Assembly (NCBI GenBank): GCA_001767195.1
Contig: MEKU01000003.1
Coordinates: 20,710-84,709 of the forward strand
Direction of reading: 5' to 3'
DNA length: 64,000 nucleotides
Source: Acidobacteria bacterium RIFCSPLOWO2_02_FULL_67_21
GTDB taxonomy: Bacteria; Acidobacteriota; Vicinamibacteria; Vicinamibacterales; UBA2999
Below, one piece after another: positions 1-9,606 of the stretch. The number at the start of each line of letters is the position of its first letter. The stretch's first letter is position 1. The notes beneath the pieces were generated by a model. It saw only the letters and a list, made by a program, of their open reading frames with translations. It searched no databases and was not told the DNA's origin. The position numbers and the translations under genes are program-made.

Positions 1-1661
1 GCATTATTCTCATCGCGGCCATCGCTGAGAATCACAATCGCGTGCCGCCCGGGTACGTCCTTAAGCTGTTCCAGCGAGGTCCATGCGGCATCGTAGAGCG
101 CCGTACCGCCCACGGGCTCGTACTTGGCGATGGCGTCCAGCGATCGCTGGCGCTGTGTTGTCAGCGGGTGTGCCAGCGTCGGCTGATCCGCGAACATGAT
201 TAGGGACAGGCTGTCTTCCGGCCTCACAGCCGCCACGAAATCTGCGGCCGTCCGGCGCACGTCCGCGGCCGCACGACGCATGCTGCCGCTCGCATCAAGG
301 GTCAGCACGATCGAAACCGGTTCGACCGCTTCCTGAAATGTGTCGACGGTCTGAACCACGCCGTTCTCCACCACCTCGAAATCGTCGGGGGAGACTTCCA
401 GGGATTCCCTCGATGCGTTCGCGATCGAGAATTCAATAGTCGGTCGAATCGGCGGAGGTGCCGGCGCCCGGTACCCGGCTCGCGTCCGAACGCGAAGGCC
501 TGCGCCGGCATCGACCGAGATGACGCGCCATGTGCCGTCGCGCTTCTGGTTGATCGGCGTGTACGTAATGAGATATCGGCTGTCCGAGTCGGCTGCCACC
601 GCATGAGCAATCGCCGTCAGCTCGGAGTCACGCCAAGGGAAGTACACGCGGCCACCAGTGCGGCCGGTGAGATCGCGAAGAAGCCGTTCGCCAGGCAGCG
701 TGATACCCGCTACGCCGCCGATGCCGACTGCGTAGACGGTGATCCCTGCGGCCTGCGTACGGGTCAATGCCGTGCCGACGTCGGCCTTGCTATTCTCGTC
801 GAATCCGTCCGTGATCAGAATGATCGCGCGTCGGCCCTGAACACCTTCAAGCAGCCGGACACCTTCGATGATGCCGTCGAGGATTGCGGTCCCGCCGCCC
901 GCGCGCATCGCGCCGATCGCGTCAGCCACAGTCTCGGGGTCGTCGGTCGGGCCTGTAATGGCTCCAATGCGGGCGTTGAACGGCGCGATAATCACCCGAT
1001 CGCCCTTGCGCAGGGTCTGTCCAAATCGCTTGGCGGCGCGGCGCACATCCGCTATCCGCCGCGACATGCTCTCGCTGTTGTCGACGAGAAGCACCACCGT
1101 CGTCGGCATCGTCTCGCGTGCCGCCACGTCGATCGGCTGGACGACGTCATTTTCGCGAACGGTGAACGCGCCGGCTGTGAGCGTCGACACGGGGCGATCT
1201 CTCTCGTCGTACACACCGGCGTCCAGCAGAATCCGCCTGACTTCGGTCAGGTCGACAATCTCGAATGGGGGCAGTACCACGCGGTCGCGCACCACCGCAC
1301 CGGATGGGTCGTCGGCCTCGGCGACGATTTCACGCGCCTCGAACGGGTTTTCGTCTGTCCACTCGACGGCGTACGGAGGACCGTTTTCAACGGTGCCGAC
1401 GAGCACACCATCGACAAGGAACCTAACCCGGATGGCATCTGATTCGTCGGACGCGTTCGACGGCGTCTGCACGCGGGCCACGAGCCGCAGGCGCCCGCCC
1501 AGTCCGGTCCGTCCGAGCGGCGACGTAATCCGCACGGTCGTCGCAACAGCCGCATGGCTGGCGGCTACCGGCGACTGGTGAGCCGCCGGACGCACGACGA
1601 TCGTGGCGACCAGCGCCAGCCCCAGTCCGATACTGCACCGGGTGGGTCGCCGGGCTGTCAT
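1..1661 (-). CDS. vWA domain protein with two von Willebrand factor A domains; 3' end runs off the window
   Basis: Absent from the ORF track because there is no stop inside the window. My translation of the minus strand from ATG 1661..1659 gives MTARRPTRCSIGLGLALVATIVV (signal/TM-like). Two vWA cores follow, with DxSxS MIDAS motifs (VVLLVDNSESM, IVLTLDASGSM) and GGTAI / GGTAL loops. The start overlaps the TGA of the upstream AAA gene. Confidence 0.8.
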   Translation of the reverse strand, partial: MTARRPTRCSIGLGLALVATIVVRPAAHQSPVAASHAAVATTVRITSPLGRTGLGGRLRLVARVQTPSNASDESDAIRVRFLVDGVLVGTVENGPPYAVEWTDENPFEAREIVAEADDPSGAVVRDRVVLPPFEIVDLTEVRRILLDAGVYDERDRPVSTLTAGAFTVRENDVVQPIDVAARETMPTTVVLLVDNSESMSRRIADVRRAAKRFGQTLRKGDRVIIAPFNARIGAITGPTDDPETVADAIGAMRAGGGTAILDGIIEGVRLLEGVQGRRAIILITDGFDENSKADVGTALTRTQAAGITVYAVGIGGVAGITLPGERLLRDLTGRTGGRVYFPWRDSELTAIAHAVAADSDSRYLITYTPINQKRDGTWRVISVDAGAGLRVRTRAGYRAPAPPPIRPTIEFSIANASRESLEVSPDDFEVVENGVVQTVDTFQEAVEPVSIVLTLDASGSMRRAAADVRRTAADFVAAVRPEDSLSLIMFADQPTLAHPLTTQRQRSLDAIAKYEPVGGTALYDAAWTSLEQLKDVPGRHAIVILSDGRDENN

Positions 1662-2962
1662 ACTGCCTCGAGTTCTTCGTCGACGACGAAGTACGTGGCA
1701 CATGCACTCGCCAGGAGCTCGCGTGTCAGTGCACGCGGCTGTCCGCAATACGTGGCCAGCGCGAGCGCGTGCTCAATCAAGTCGCGGGGATGACACCCGC
1801 GCAGCGGGATACCCCTCGAACGCAACTCGTCTGCGACGATCGACTCGGCAAGGCGCCGATCGAACGTCAGATTCCGGTCGCGGCAGTAGTTGGCGAAAAT
1901 CTCGACGAATTCCGCTGTGGTCGGCGAGGTCGCGAGCACCTTGTACTGAATTCGGCGCAGGAACGCTTCATCGACCAGGTCGGCCGGTTTCAAGTTCGTC
2001 GCGAATACGACGAACACCTGAAACGGCACCTCGAACTTCTGGCCCGTCTGCAGCGTGAGGTGATCCACGCGGCTTTCGAGCGGAACGATCCAGCGGTTGA
2101 GCAAGTCGCGCGGGGTCGCATGCTGCCGCCCGAAGTCATCAATGACCAGCACGCCGCCATTCGCCAGCAACTGCAGCGGCGCGCGATAGAAACCCGATTG
2201 TCCGGCCTGTCCAAGCTCCAGCGCATCCAGCGTCAACTCACCGCCGACGGTGACCAAGGGCCGGCGGCACATGACCCACCGTGCGTCGCCTTCTTGCGAG
2301 CGCTCAAGTGCGTGCTCAACGGGGAGCCCGGCGACCGGCTCGTGATTGACCGGGTCGAAGAGCCGGATAATCTGCCCTTCGACTTCGATCGCGTGTGGAA
2401 TGAGCATGTTGCCTTCCAGCACGTTGCGTATCGCCTGGGCGATCACGGTCTTGCCGTTTCCGGGAGGCCCGTACACGAAGAGCGAGTGGCGTGCAGCAAT
2501 GGCTGGCCCGAGCTGGTCGAGCACGCGGCGGCTCAGAACCAGATGTGAAAACGCCTTGCCGATCGCGTCTTGTGTGACGTCGGCGGCAGTCGCCCTGGCG
2601 AGATCGCCCATATACGCGGTGTATTGAACGAGCGGCACCGGAAGGGGGCCGACATAGTGGCTCTGGTCGATGAACAGCGACGCGCGGACGCGCCCGGCGT
2701 CGGTCAGACGGTAGCGGTACGACGGTGCGCCGACGACCGAGCCACCTGCGATCTCGCAATGCTGATCGCGACGAAGCAGTTCGAGAACGGGTTCCACGAT
2801 CTGAAAGCCGACGGCCAGGCGATTCGCCAATTCGACGCCCGTCAGCTCACCCGCAAAGTACAGCGTCTTGGCGACGATCTGAAGAATGAGGTCGCGCGAC
2901 AGTCCCGTATCGTCGAGAGTGGCAGGCGCGTGCAGTCTCGCTCCGGTTTCGCGGCCCGCCAT
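1658..2962 (-). CDS. AAA+ family ATPase with an N-terminal winged-helix-like region, encoded in the tad gene string
   Basis: 434-aa ORF with Walker A GPPGNGKT and Walker B VLVIDDFG. The start ATG shares one nt with the TGA of the TPR gene (2962), and the stop overlaps the vWA gene start. Confidence 0.8.
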   Translation of the reverse strand: MAGRETGARLHAPATLDDTGLSRDLILQIVAKTLYFAGELTGVELANRLAVGFQIVEPVLELLRRDQHCEIAGGSVVGAPSYRYRLTDAGRVRASLFIDQSHYVGPLPVPLVQYTAYMGDLARATAADVTQDAIGKAFSHLVLSRRVLDQLGPAIAARHSLFVYGPPGNGKTVIAQAIRNVLEGNMLIPHAIEVEGQIIRLFDPVNHEPVAGLPVEHALERSQEGDARWVMCRRPLVTVGGELTLDALELGQAGQSGFYRAPLQLLANGGVLVIDDFGRQHATPRDLLNRWIVPLESRVDHLTLQTGQKFEVPFQVFVVFATNLKPADLVDEAFLRRIQYKVLATSPTTAEFVEIFANYCRDRNLTFDRRLAESIVADELRSRGIPLRGCHPRDLIEHALALATYCGQPRALTRELLASACATYFVVDEELEAV

Positions 2963-3855
2963 CAGCGTGTGCCTTCCTGAGCATCGGCAGCCACGCGTGC
3001 CTGAAGCGACCGCCGCGCAATCCGCATGGAGTACGGATTCGCCTGCAGCGCCGACGCGAACTGGCGCGCCGCCGCGCGGTAATCGCGCATGGCCATATGC
3101 AGGATTCCCATGTTGTAGTCGGCGGCCGCGTGGCCGACCCGTGTGAACTCTTCCCGCGCCTTCGCGAGATCGCCGGCTGCCGCATAGGCAAGGCCCAGAT
3201 TGTTCCTCGCCACCGATGACTGGGGGGCCGCGGCGACCGCCCGCCGGCAGGCGTCCACCGCGTCCGGCTGCTCGAGGAGAATCAGCGAGTAACAGAAGTT
3301 GTTCAGCGCGAACGCAGCGTCCGGCTCAAGGGCAATGGCCTGCGCATACCACTGGCGCGCGAGCCGCAGCTGACCTGTAGCCTCGAGCACCGTCCCCAAT
3401 GTATTGGCAGCTACCGCTGACTTCGGCGCGAGGCGAACGGCGCGGTACGCAGCCGGGAGGCCGAGGTGCGGCGTGCCCCAGTCGCGCCAGATTCGCGCCA
3501 GTGCATCAAACGACGCCGGGTCTTTCGGATCCAGATCCGTCGCACGTGTGTAGTGCTCATGCGCCATATCCAAAATCCTGAGCCGGCTGTACTCGCCCGC
3601 GACGCGCCGGTGCGCCTCGGCGCCAGGATTGGACGCCAGCACGAGCAACGCCTGCGACAGCCGTTCGTCGAACGATTCCAGTGTCGGCGACAGCGTCGAC
3701 ACCCGCGCGGCCCGTTCGTGGCCGACGGGTGCCGTGGATGCGCGGGATCCGCCTCGCGCCGCGCAAGCCGACAGGAGCGCGGCAGCGAGGCACGCCAGTG
3801 CCGCCACGGCAGGCCTGCGCCAGGCCGTTGTTGCGGTCCGCCACGCGAGCATCAT
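2962..3855 (-). CDS. TPR-repeat lipoprotein, TadD-like
   Basis: Trimmed from ORF 2962..3963 to MMLAWRTATT at 3855, which has an AGGAAG-like SD upstream. Lipobox LLSAC, then TPR-like repeats (AEYSRLRILDMAHEHYTRATDLDP, ARQWYAQAIALEP, and others). It occupies the usual tadD position after tadC. Confidence 0.7.
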   Translation of the reverse strand: MMLAWRTATTAWRRPAVAALACLAAALLSACAARGGSRASTAPVGHERAARVSTLSPTLESFDERLSQALLVLASNPGAEAHRRVAGEYSRLRILDMAHEHYTRATDLDPKDPASFDALARIWRDWGTPHLGLPAAYRAVRLAPKSAVAANTLGTVLEATGQLRLARQWYAQAIALEPDAAFALNNFCYSLILLEQPDAVDACRRAVAAAPQSSVARNNLGLAYAAAGDLAKAREEFTRVGHAAADYNMGILHMAMRDYRAAARQFASALQANPYSMRIARRSLQARVAADAQEGTR

Positions 3856-3967
3856 CAGTCTTCCTGATTCAGGCGGGCACGACGTCTCATGACGTACAAA
3901 ACCGTCAGGACGGCCACAACGGCCAGCGAGATGAATGATGTTGTGTTGAGTTCCATACTCCAACCTC

Positions 3968-4888
3968 CTAGAGCTCTAGTTCAGGAAAAAACGCCCGTGC
4001 GATCTTCACGACTACCGGACCGAAGCAGACGACGTAGAGCGCGGGGAACAGGCACAGCACCAGCGGAAATACGAGCTTGACGCCGACCTTGTTCGCCCGC
4101 TCTTCCGCGTGCTGGCGGCGCTTCGTACGAGATGTCTCCGCCTGGACGCGAAGGGCATCGCTGACGCTCGTCCCGAAGCGGTCAGTCTGTGAGAGCATTG
4201 AGACCAACGTGCGCACATCCTCGACGCCGGTCCGTTGTGAGAAATTGCGAAAAGCCTCAAGCCGTGCCTTTCCGGCTCGCGTTTCGGTGACGATCATCCG
4301 AAGTTCATCCGCCAATGCGGGGTGCGCGATGTGCAGTTCCTCAGAAGCCTTCGCGAGCGCCTGATCCAACGCGCTTCCCGCTTCGACGCACACCGTCAGC
4401 AGATCGAGAGCGTCTGGGAGCCCGTTCTGAATGGCTTTTTGCCGCATCCCCGTCTTACGGCCGAGGTACAGTCCGGGAGCGGCATATCCGAGGGCGCCAA
4501 CGAAGAGTGCCGGAAGTACCCCGTTTCGAAAGCCGAATATGGTGAGAGCGGCAAGCCCCAGGACGACAGGAAGTAACATCTCCGACAGCGCAAAGACAAC
4601 AACAGCTTTGTAGGCCGGATACCCTGCCCGAGTGAGCCGCCGCTGCAGCCGCGACATGTCCTTCGGGCTTTTCGGGATGAGTCGCGTCAACCGCGCAAGC
4701 ATCGGATCGGGCGCGTCGGCCAATGCGGCGGGGCCGTTCACCATGCCAGAGGCGCTTGCACCAACTACGGCGCGCAACCGCCGATGGGTCGCCGTGTCGT
4801 CGATCAGCCACCGTGATGCCATCGTGGCTGTCACCACAGCCACGAGAACGAAGATGCCGCCTATCGCAATCAGCACTGCAGGCGTCAT
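3968..4888 (-). CDS. tadC: Flp pilus assembly inner-membrane platform protein TadC (T2SS F family)
   Basis: 306-aa polytopic membrane ORF with a T2SSF-type cytoplasmic domain (LPDALDLLTVCVEAGSALDQAL), directly after tadB. Confidence 0.85.
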   Translation of the reverse strand: MTPAVLIAIGGIFVLVAVVTATMASRWLIDDTATHRRLRAVVGASASGMVNGPAALADAPDPMLARLTRLIPKSPKDMSRLQRRLTRAGYPAYKAVVVFALSEMLLPVVLGLAALTIFGFRNGVLPALFVGALGYAAPGLYLGRKTGMRQKAIQNGLPDALDLLTVCVEAGSALDQALAKASEELHIAHPALADELRMIVTETRAGKARLEAFRNFSQRTGVEDVRTLVSMLSQTDRFGTSVSDALRVQAETSRTKRRQHAEERANKVGVKLVFPLVLCLFPALYVVCFGPVVVKIARAFFPELEL

Positions 4889-4891
4889 GAA

Positions 4892-5851
4892 CTAGTACTC
4901 CACTCTCACAATGCGGCGAATGATCAACACGCCGACGGTCTGCAACACGAGAGCACCGACAACCATGTACACACCAAGCGAATCCTCAACCAGGAGACGG
5001 ATATGTTGCGGGGAGACGACGAAGAGCATCGCCGCGATCGCCGGAGGCAAGAACCCCAGGACAAGGCCTGTGATTCGACCATGCGCACTGACCGCGCGCA
5101 CGTGGCGCTTGACCTTGAATCGTTCGCGAATGACCGCCGCCAGGTTATCGAGCACCTCAGACAGATTTCCGCCCATTTCACGCTGGGTGAGCACGGCTGT
5201 CACAAAGAATCGCGCATCGAGGAGAGGCACCCGCTGCCCGAACGCCTTGAGTGCGTCGGAGAGCGGCATCCCATAGCTCTGCTGGTCGTACAGCCGTTTG
5301 AATTCCGATCCGGCCGGCGCAGGGATCTCTTCGGACACCATCTCGAGCGCGGTGGGAAGGGTATGACCGGCGCGCAGTGCCCGCGCCATCATGTCGATCG
5401 CCTCGGGAAACTGCTCTTCGAAGGTTGCGAGCCGCTTGGCGGCCATCCGGCGGACGTGCAGGAGCGGCAGGCATGTGGCGACCGCGGCAATGACGGTGGC
5501 GGCGAGAGCCGAGGCGGTGAAGTAAAAGGCTATCGCCCAGCCGGCGACCAATAGAAACGCCGAGGCGAGGACGACCGTTCCTACGGTATACGAGAGCCCC
5601 GACCGAGACACTACGTCGCGAAGCGGATCGATCGTCCGGCTCGAGCGATTCAGGAAGCGTGCGAGCGGTGCAAATGCGCTCAGGACGTCCGTCCGCTCGA
5701 CCATTGTCACCGCCGCGGCGCGTGACCCTCCGAGCTTGAGACGCTTGCGAACCGCTCGCGTCTCGCCCTGCTCAGGACGGGCGACAAACAGCCAGTACGC
5801 GCCGAAGATGATGGCGAGTACGACGACGAAGACGCCAAGGGCAATCAACAT
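4892..5851 (-). CDS. tadB: Flp pilus assembly inner-membrane platform protein TadB (T2SS F family)
   Basis: 319-aa membrane ORF with a T2SSF-type domain (FPEAIDMMARALRAGHTLPTAL), directly after cpaF. Confidence 0.85.
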   Translation of the reverse strand: MLIALGVFVVVLAIIFGAYWLFVARPEQGETRAVRKRLKLGGSRAAAVTMVERTDVLSAFAPLARFLNRSSRTIDPLRDVVSRSGLSYTVGTVVLASAFLLVAGWAIAFYFTASALAATVIAAVATCLPLLHVRRMAAKRLATFEEQFPEAIDMMARALRAGHTLPTALEMVSEEIPAPAGSEFKRLYDQQSYGMPLSDALKAFGQRVPLLDARFFVTAVLTQREMGGNLSEVLDNLAAVIRERFKVKRHVRAVSAHGRITGLVLGFLPPAIAAMLFVVSPQHIRLLVEDSLGVYMVVGALVLQTVGVLIIRRIVRVEY

Positions 5852-5857
5852 GAGACC

Positions 5858-7183
5858 TCAGGCAACGAGCTTGGTATGCTCGAACATGGAGACCGGAAGC
5901 TGGTGACCAGACGCAGCCAGTTGCTCGGCGCATTTGGGCCGGATGCCTGTGGCCTTGAAGCGCCCGCGCACCCGTCCGTCTTCCCCGATTCCCGTCTTCT
6001 CAAAAAGAAAAATGTCCTGCATGGCGATCACATCGCGCTCCATGCCGGTGATCTCCGTGATCGCGACAACACGCCTCGTGCCATCGGCCTGTCGCGCGAT
6101 CTGCACGACAAGGTCGAGCGCCGAGGCAACCTGCTGACGGATTGCCCTTTCGGGAATATTCAGGTTGGCCATCGCCACCATCGTGTCGAGCCGGTACAGC
6201 GCGTCACGCGAGCTGTTCGCGTGAATGGTCGTCAAGCTGCCGTCATGCCCCGTATTCATCGCCTGAAGCATGTCGAGCGCTTCTTCGCCTCGCACCTCGC
6301 CGACGACGATGCGGTCGGGTCGCATACGCAGGGCGTTGACCACCAGTTCGCGCTGGCGCACGTGCCCTTTCCCTTCAATATTGGCGGGCCGGGTCTCGAG
6401 CCGCACCACATGCCGCTGCCGCAGCATGAGCTCCGCCGCGTCCTCAATCGTCACGACGCGCTCGGTGTTGCCGATGAAGCTCGAGAGCACATTCAACAGC
6501 GTCGTCTTCCCCGCGCCGGTGCCCCCAGACACGATAACGTTCAACCGGCACGAGACTGCGGCATGGAGAAAGTCGAGCATCGGCTGTGTGAGTGAATTGC
6601 GATTGACCAGGTCCTGTGCGCCGAGACGATCTGTACGAAAGCGGCGGATGGACAGCACGGGGCCGTCAAGCGCCAGCGGCGGAATGATGGCGTTGACGCG
6701 GGAACCGTCCTTCAGCCGCGCGTCCACCATCGGGCTCGACTCGTCGATGCGTCTGCCGACGGCGCTGACGATTCGTTCGATGATCTGGAGGAGATGACGA
6801 TCGTCCCGGAAGACGATGTCAGCCTCCTCGAGACGCCCTTCACGCTCGATGTAGACCTGATCGCATCGGTTGACCAGGATGTCCGAGACGGAGGGATCGG
6901 CCAGCAGCGCCTCCAGCGGACCAAGACCGAACAGTTCGTTCAGGACGTCGACGATGAGCAGCTCGCGCTCGGCCAGCGTGAGCGGCAGCTTCTCCTCCTC
7001 ACGTCGAAGCATCCCGAGAATCAGCGTGCGGAGCTCCTGCTCCGCATCCTCGCGTTTCACCTGTGTCAGGCGGTCCAGGTTGAGCCGATTCAGCAGCTCC
7101 GAGTGGATGCGTCCTTTGAGCGCCTGATACTGCGGAACGCGGGTATCGGCGGAGACTGATTGCGTCATTACCGGTGTCGGCAC
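5858..7183 (-). CDS. cpaF: Tad secretion ATPase CpaF/TadA (VirB11-like traffic ATPase)
   Basis: 441 aa with Walker [10 protein letters not shown], then [12 protein letters not shown] and [15 protein letters not shown], all typical of the CpaF/TadA family. Confidence 0.95.
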   Translation of the reverse strand: MPTPVMTQSVSADTRVPQYQALKGRIHSELLNRLNLDRLTQVKREDAEQELRTLILGMLRREEEKLPLTLAERELLIVDVLNELFGLGPLEALLADPSVSDILVNRCDQVYIEREGRLEEADIVFRDDRHLLQIIERIVSAVGRRIDESSPMVDARLKDGSRVNAIIPPLALDGPVLSIRRFRTDRLGAQDLVNRNSLTQPMLDFLHAAVSCRLNVIVSGGTGAGKTTLLNVLSSFIGNTERVVTIEDAAELMLRQRHVVRLETRPANIEGKGHVRQRELVVNALRMRPDRIVVGEVRGEEALDMLQAMNTGHDGSLTTIHANSSRDALYRLDTMVAMANLNIPERAIRQQVASALDLVVQIARQADGTRRVVAITEITGMERDVIAMQDIFLFEKTGIGEDGRVRGRFKATGIRPKCAEQLAASGHQLPVSMFEHTKLVA

Positions 7184-7217
7184 CTGTGTCCTCCTGGGCC
7201 TCTTTCGTCGTGTACCC

Positions 7218-8351
7218 TCACTGCGGCCGCCTCGGCGCGAGCCGTCCGAACAGCCCCTTGCGAGGTGCCGTTGAGCGCTCGTGCGTCGCGCCGGCGAGCC
7301 TGTGAGCGAATGTGGTGAACGCCGCGGATAGATCGTTGTGGTTGTCCAGCGTCAGCGGCCGGCCCTGGTTCATCGCCTGCAGGGCCCGCCGATAGTCGCT
7401 GGGAAAGGTGTGCACGACGTCGCAGCCAGTGGCACGCTGGATGTCCATCGGGCCGATTTCTGCGTGGCTGTCGGGCCGCGTCACAAGCACCTTGACCTTT
7501 TCTTGGCCGTACCGGCGCCTCAGCAATTCCGCAACCCGACTGCCGCTCCTCACACTCGCGAGCTCCTGATTCGCGACCACGAATACGGCGCTGAGCTCGT
7601 CGAGAACGTCGAGGACGGCGGCATCCGAGCGGGGCAGGTCCAGCACCGTGTACCGGTATGCCATTCGCGCAAACGCGATGAACGTGCGGATGCGGTCCTT
7701 GTCCCGATCACGTGACGGCCCGTCCGGAGACGCCAGGAAATCGGTATGCGGTGTCACCTCTGTGACGAGACTGCGGAAGAAGTTCTGGTCCAGGCGGTGC
7801 ACGTTCTGAAGCGCATCCACGACCGAAAACCGCGGCTCGACCCCCAGAAACAGGGCCGCATCGCCCCCCGCCTCGTGAAGATCGATGAGCAGCGTCCTGC
7901 CTGGCTTACTGATCGCCCCAAGCGTCGTCGCCGTATTCACGGACACCGTCGTGGTGCCCACGCCGCCCTTTGCCCCGATAAACCCGAACACCTGACCTGC
8001 GTCCGTCGCCCGGTGTCCCGCGACACGCGCGAGCGCGTTCTGCAGGTCCTCCTGTGTTACGGGAACCGTGAGGACTTCGTTGATGCCGGCGCGCATCGCC
8101 TCGACAAGGAGCGCCGTCTCCAGCGCTGAGACCACGAGCACGATACCGACATCAGGGTGGTGTCGGCGGATCGACGCCACCGCGGACGGAATCGAATTTC
8201 GATCGCGGACATCAATCACGATCGCATCGACCGAACGCCCGGAGCCAGCCGCGGCTGCGGCCTCCAGAGTGACAATCCGGACCTGGGCGCCGCACGCGCG
8301 GACGAGTTCATCGAGCTGGTGGTCTGGCGACGAAACGAGATTCACATGCAT
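7218..8351 (-). CDS. tadZ: TadZ/CpaE pilus localisation protein (receiver-like N-domain plus ParA/MinD-type ATPase)
   Basis: 377 aa with an N-terminal receiver-like fold and the deviant Walker [11 protein letters not shown]. It sits between the tadG-like gene and cpaF. Confidence 0.85.
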   Translation of the reverse strand: MHVNLVSSPDHQLDELVRACGAQVRIVTLEAAAAAGSGRSVDAIVIDVRDRNSIPSAVASIRRHHPDVGIVLVVSALETALLVEAMRAGINEVLTVPVTQEDLQNALARVAGHRATDAGQVFGFIGAKGGVGTTTVSVNTATTLGAISKPGRTLLIDLHEAGGDAALFLGVEPRFSVVDALQNVHRLDQNFFRSLVTEVTPHTDFLASPDGPSRDRDKDRIRTFIAFARMAYRYTVLDLPRSDAAVLDVLDELSAVFVVANQELASVRSGSRVAELLRRRYGQEKVKVLVTRPDSHAEIGPMDIQRATGCDVVHTFPSDYRRALQAMNQGRPLTLDNHNDLSAAFTTFAHRLAGATHERSTAPRKGLFGRLAPRRPQ

Positions 8352-8365
8352 TACGGGGTTCTCTG

Positions 8366-9601
8366 TTACCTAACGAGTTGAACACTGACGAGAAACGCTT
8401 CGTCCACGTCCACGGCGGGGTTTCCCACAACGAACTCCCCGGGATACATGACGAGATATCCGACGATGTCGCTGCCGGCCATGTGGCTCGCGAAGAATCC
8501 GAGGATATTCACAACGCGGACGCATTGGCCGCCGATAGGGCAGTCGCTCCAATCCTGTGTGATGTTGCGTTTCTGAAAATCGTCCATATCGAACACGGCA
8601 ATCGGAATAATGCGGGGACTAAACGGCCCACAGTCGGGGGCACAGCTGTTGTCGACTGTGTCAGTCGCGTCGTTCCACGTCGCGTACGGATCAGTTGCCT
8701 TCAGCAGATTGAAGCCCTGCTGGGTAGGCCCCACCATTACGCCGGTTTCCGTCGGAAGGTAGTCACCGATGCCGACGGGATTGCCGATGCAGTTCGCAAT
8801 CGCCCACTTGTAATCTTGGGCGCCGCTGTACCATCCACCGTCTCCGTCGGGCAGTTGCGTGGCAAGGAACCACCCCGGCTCAATCCCCGACTCGGATTCG
8901 GAAGGGATTCCCGACTTCATCACGAGCTCGGTCCCGATATCAGCGGGAGTGCCATCCGGGTTGGTGACCTTGTACCCGGTCGAATTGCCGCTGCCCGGCG
9001 GTCCATAGATATCGTGTGGATTCAGTTCGGAGAGGGTCCCTGATACCTTCTTCCAATGGTTGTAGCGTTGAGGGTCGGCAGCCTGCTCGAGCCACTTGTC
9101 AGCCACCGCAAATGGCCGCATGCAGTTGACCGCATTCCCAAACGCGACGCGCGCGGTGGCCGTCGCCCGTACGTCCTGTGACGTCAGGCCGAAGAGGTTC
9201 GCGAAAAAGGTGGGCAGCGCCGTACTGCCGTTGGTGCCGTCGCGAAACGCATCGACCCGCACGCACTTGCTTCCGGCGACAAAAGTAGGACAGTCCCAGC
9301 TCACGGCGATGCCTGGCACCTCGCTGAGCACAAGGTTCGCCTGGGTCGCATTGAACGCGCTGTCGAACGCAGCGCCGTCGGCGGTAGGAGGATCGTCTGT
9401 CTCGTCAAACGCCCGAGCGATCGCTCCGGCGAGCGCACCCGCGTCGGCTGCGTTTTGTGCCTGTCCGCGCGCAAGCCACATCACACCGTGATCGAGCACA
9501 AACGTACTGAAGCCAGTGAGCACGAAGATGGCAATCGCGACGAAGATGAGGGCGGATCCTCTTTCGGAACGAACCCTGCGGGCCAGAGGTCGATGTGTCA
9601 T
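8366..9601 (-). CDS. TadG-like / Tad_N pseudopilin-related protein
   Basis: 411 aa. The N-terminus RGSALIFVAIAIFVLTGFSTFVLDHGVMWLARGQAQNAADAGALAGA matches the TadE/G-like N-terminal helix pattern. The rest is a large secreted domain. Confidence 0.75.
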   Translation of the reverse strand: MTHRPLARRVRSERGSALIFVAIAIFVLTGFSTFVLDHGVMWLARGQAQNAADAGALAGAIARAFDETDDPPTADGAAFDSAFNATQANLVLSEVPGIAVSWDCPTFVAGSKCVRVDAFRDGTNGSTALPTFFANLFGLTSQDVRATATARVAFGNAVNCMRPFAVADKWLEQAADPQRYNHWKKVSGTLSELNPHDIYGPPGSGNSTGYKVTNPDGTPADIGTELVMKSGIPSESESGIEPGWFLATQLPDGDGGWYSGAQDYKWAIANCIGNPVGIGDYLPTETGVMVGPTQQGFNLLKATDPYATWNDATDTVDNSCAPDCGPFSPRIIPIAVFDMDDFQKRNITQDWSDCPIGGQCVRVVNILGFFASHMAGSDIVGYLVMYPGEFVVGNPAVDVDEAFLVSVQLVR

Positions 9602-9606
9602 ATCTC

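Noticed and set aside
603-1581. Plus-strand ORFs 603..1442 and 868..1581
   Set aside because: They are antisense to the double-vWA gene, which shows clear MIDAS motifs on the minus strand.
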